A stretch of DNA of 64,000 nucleotides from an uncultured SAR86 cluster bacterium (GTDB lineage: Bacteria > Pseudomonadota > Gammaproteobacteria > Magnimaribacterales > AG-339-G14). The DNA is taken from positions 1,068 to 65,067 of the forward strand of contig CABXRO010000003.1 in the NCBI GenBank assembly GCA_902514645.1. The letters are read 5' to 3'. This document shows, piece by piece, positions 63,023-64,000 of this stretch; within the stretch, counting starts at the first letter, position 1; each line of letters opens with the position of its first letter. The translations under genes were made by a program, and so were the position numbers. Under the pieces are notes generated by a model. That model was not told where the DNA came from. It saw only the letters and a program-made list of their open reading frames with translations, and did no database searches.

Positions 63023-64000
63023 AAAAGATCTTTCGATTATGAGATTTAAGCTATAGCCAAAAATTGATACGGTAATGGCTAAAGAGGAAAAATTTGTAAG
63101 CTTTCCTAAATTATAAAATTTAAAAAGGTATGTAAATAAAGCGAAAATACCAAAAATTAAAATTTGACCTATTTCTATCCCTAAGTTGAAAGCAAGAATG
63201 ATTTTTAACATATCTTCTTTTGGTAAATAAATTTCATTTATTGCGCCTGCAAAACCCAAACCGTGGATAAATCCAAAGACAATCGTTATAAAAATAAGAT
63301 TAAAACTGCTTTGATAGTTATCAGATAATCTCAAGTAGCAAAACATTATGAGACCTAACGATGAGAAGAAAAGAGATTGATCAGGGATAAAGATATAAAT
63401 AGCAAAAGTTAGAATTACCCAAGCGACTAAAAGAAGATTTGAAAATATGCCAAGCTGAGCGGTCTTTTTTCCTAAAACCTCTATCGAGCAGACTAAAATA
63501 GAAAAGCCAATCATAATTTCAACCAAACTTGTTGAGGACACAATGATGCCTTGAACACTTGAAAAAAGACTAGCTGAATGCCCTAAGGTAAAACCTGAGA
63601 TTGCAAAAAAAAGGGTTTTTAAGTTTGCACATAAAAAAATTATGAGTAATAAAAAAGCAACGTGATCCAAACCACTCAAAATGTGTTTGAAACCAAAGGA
63701 CAGGAAGTTTAAGAAGGATAAGTTTAGCTCAGCGCTTTGATTCTCATCAAAAATAGAAATCTGTCGATTATCTGATGAAATAATAAAGTCAGGGAAGATT
63801 TGATCTTCCTTTTCTTGAGAAGAAAAATCTAAGTGAGAAAGATTCAAGTCAAAAAACAAGTTAAAGTAAAATCTTGGCTTATCTGAGGAACAAACAAATT
63901 TATCTAAGTATTTAACAAAGTTGCCGTCCTGATCTTGGATAAGAGGATTTAGAGAAAAGCAATCTTCAGAGCTTATTTTATTTTTAAAATAAACCTCAAG
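63011..64000 (-). CDS. HupE/UreJ-like membrane protein (5' end beyond the right edge)
   Basis: GFKHILSGLDH, GFTLGHS, FGFIHGLGFA, FNLGIEIGQ. The frame stays open from 63859 to position 64000. Confidence 0.85.
   Translation of the reverse strand, partial: LEVYFKNKISSEDCFSLNPLIQDQDGNFVKYLDKFVCSSDKPRFYFNLFFDLNLSHLDFSSQEKEDQIFPDFIISSDNRQISIFDENQSAELNLSFLNFLSFGFKHILSGLDHVAFLLLIIFLCANLKTLFFAISGFTLGHSASLFSSVQGIIVSSTSLVEIMIGFSILVCSIEVLGKKTAQLGIFSNLLLVAWVILTFAIYIFIPDQSLFFSSLGLIMFCYLRLSDNYQSSFNLIFITIVFGFIHGLGFAGAINEIYLPKEDMLKIILAFNLGIEIGQILIFGIFALFTYLFKFYNLGKLTNFSSLAITVSIFGYSLNLIIERSFLVF

Overview
AT-rich, extremely compact chromosomal segment (many 0-10 nt gaps and overlapping stop/start codons) from a streamlined gammaproteobacterium. 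The gene order looks like a heavily pruned Pseudomonas-type core; a SAR86-like marine lineage is my inference, not a database result. Core blocks: rplM-rpsI-petABC, degS/algW-like, mlaC-murA-hisG-hisD, kdsD-lptC-lptB, mreBCD, gatCAB, prfA-prmC-moeB, lolB-ispE-tRNA-Gln-prs-rplY-pth-ychF-tRNA-Met, carAB-greA-rlmE-ftsH-folP-glmM-tpiA-secG-tRNA-Leu-tRNA-fMet-rimP-nusA-infB-rbfA-truB-rpsO-pnp, map-dapC-dapD, lptFG and pepA-holC-valS. Accessory content: a signal-peptide-less, eukaryote-like GH84 O-GlcNAcase with an acyl-CoA ligase and a MaoC hydratase appended to the prfA operon; an orphan lipoprotein by tRNA-Met; a CPBP membrane protease; a type I R-M cassette (hsdMSR) directly behind a POT peptide transporter; and a HupE/UreJ-like gene at the right edge. 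No integrase, IS, prophage, rRNA or CRISPR array is visible. Most interesting: the cytoplasmic O-GlcNAcase, an ispE stop codon inside tRNA-Gln, a likely carA attenuator, a reduced Lpt/Mla/DegS envelope toolkit and head-to-head start codons 3 nt apart.
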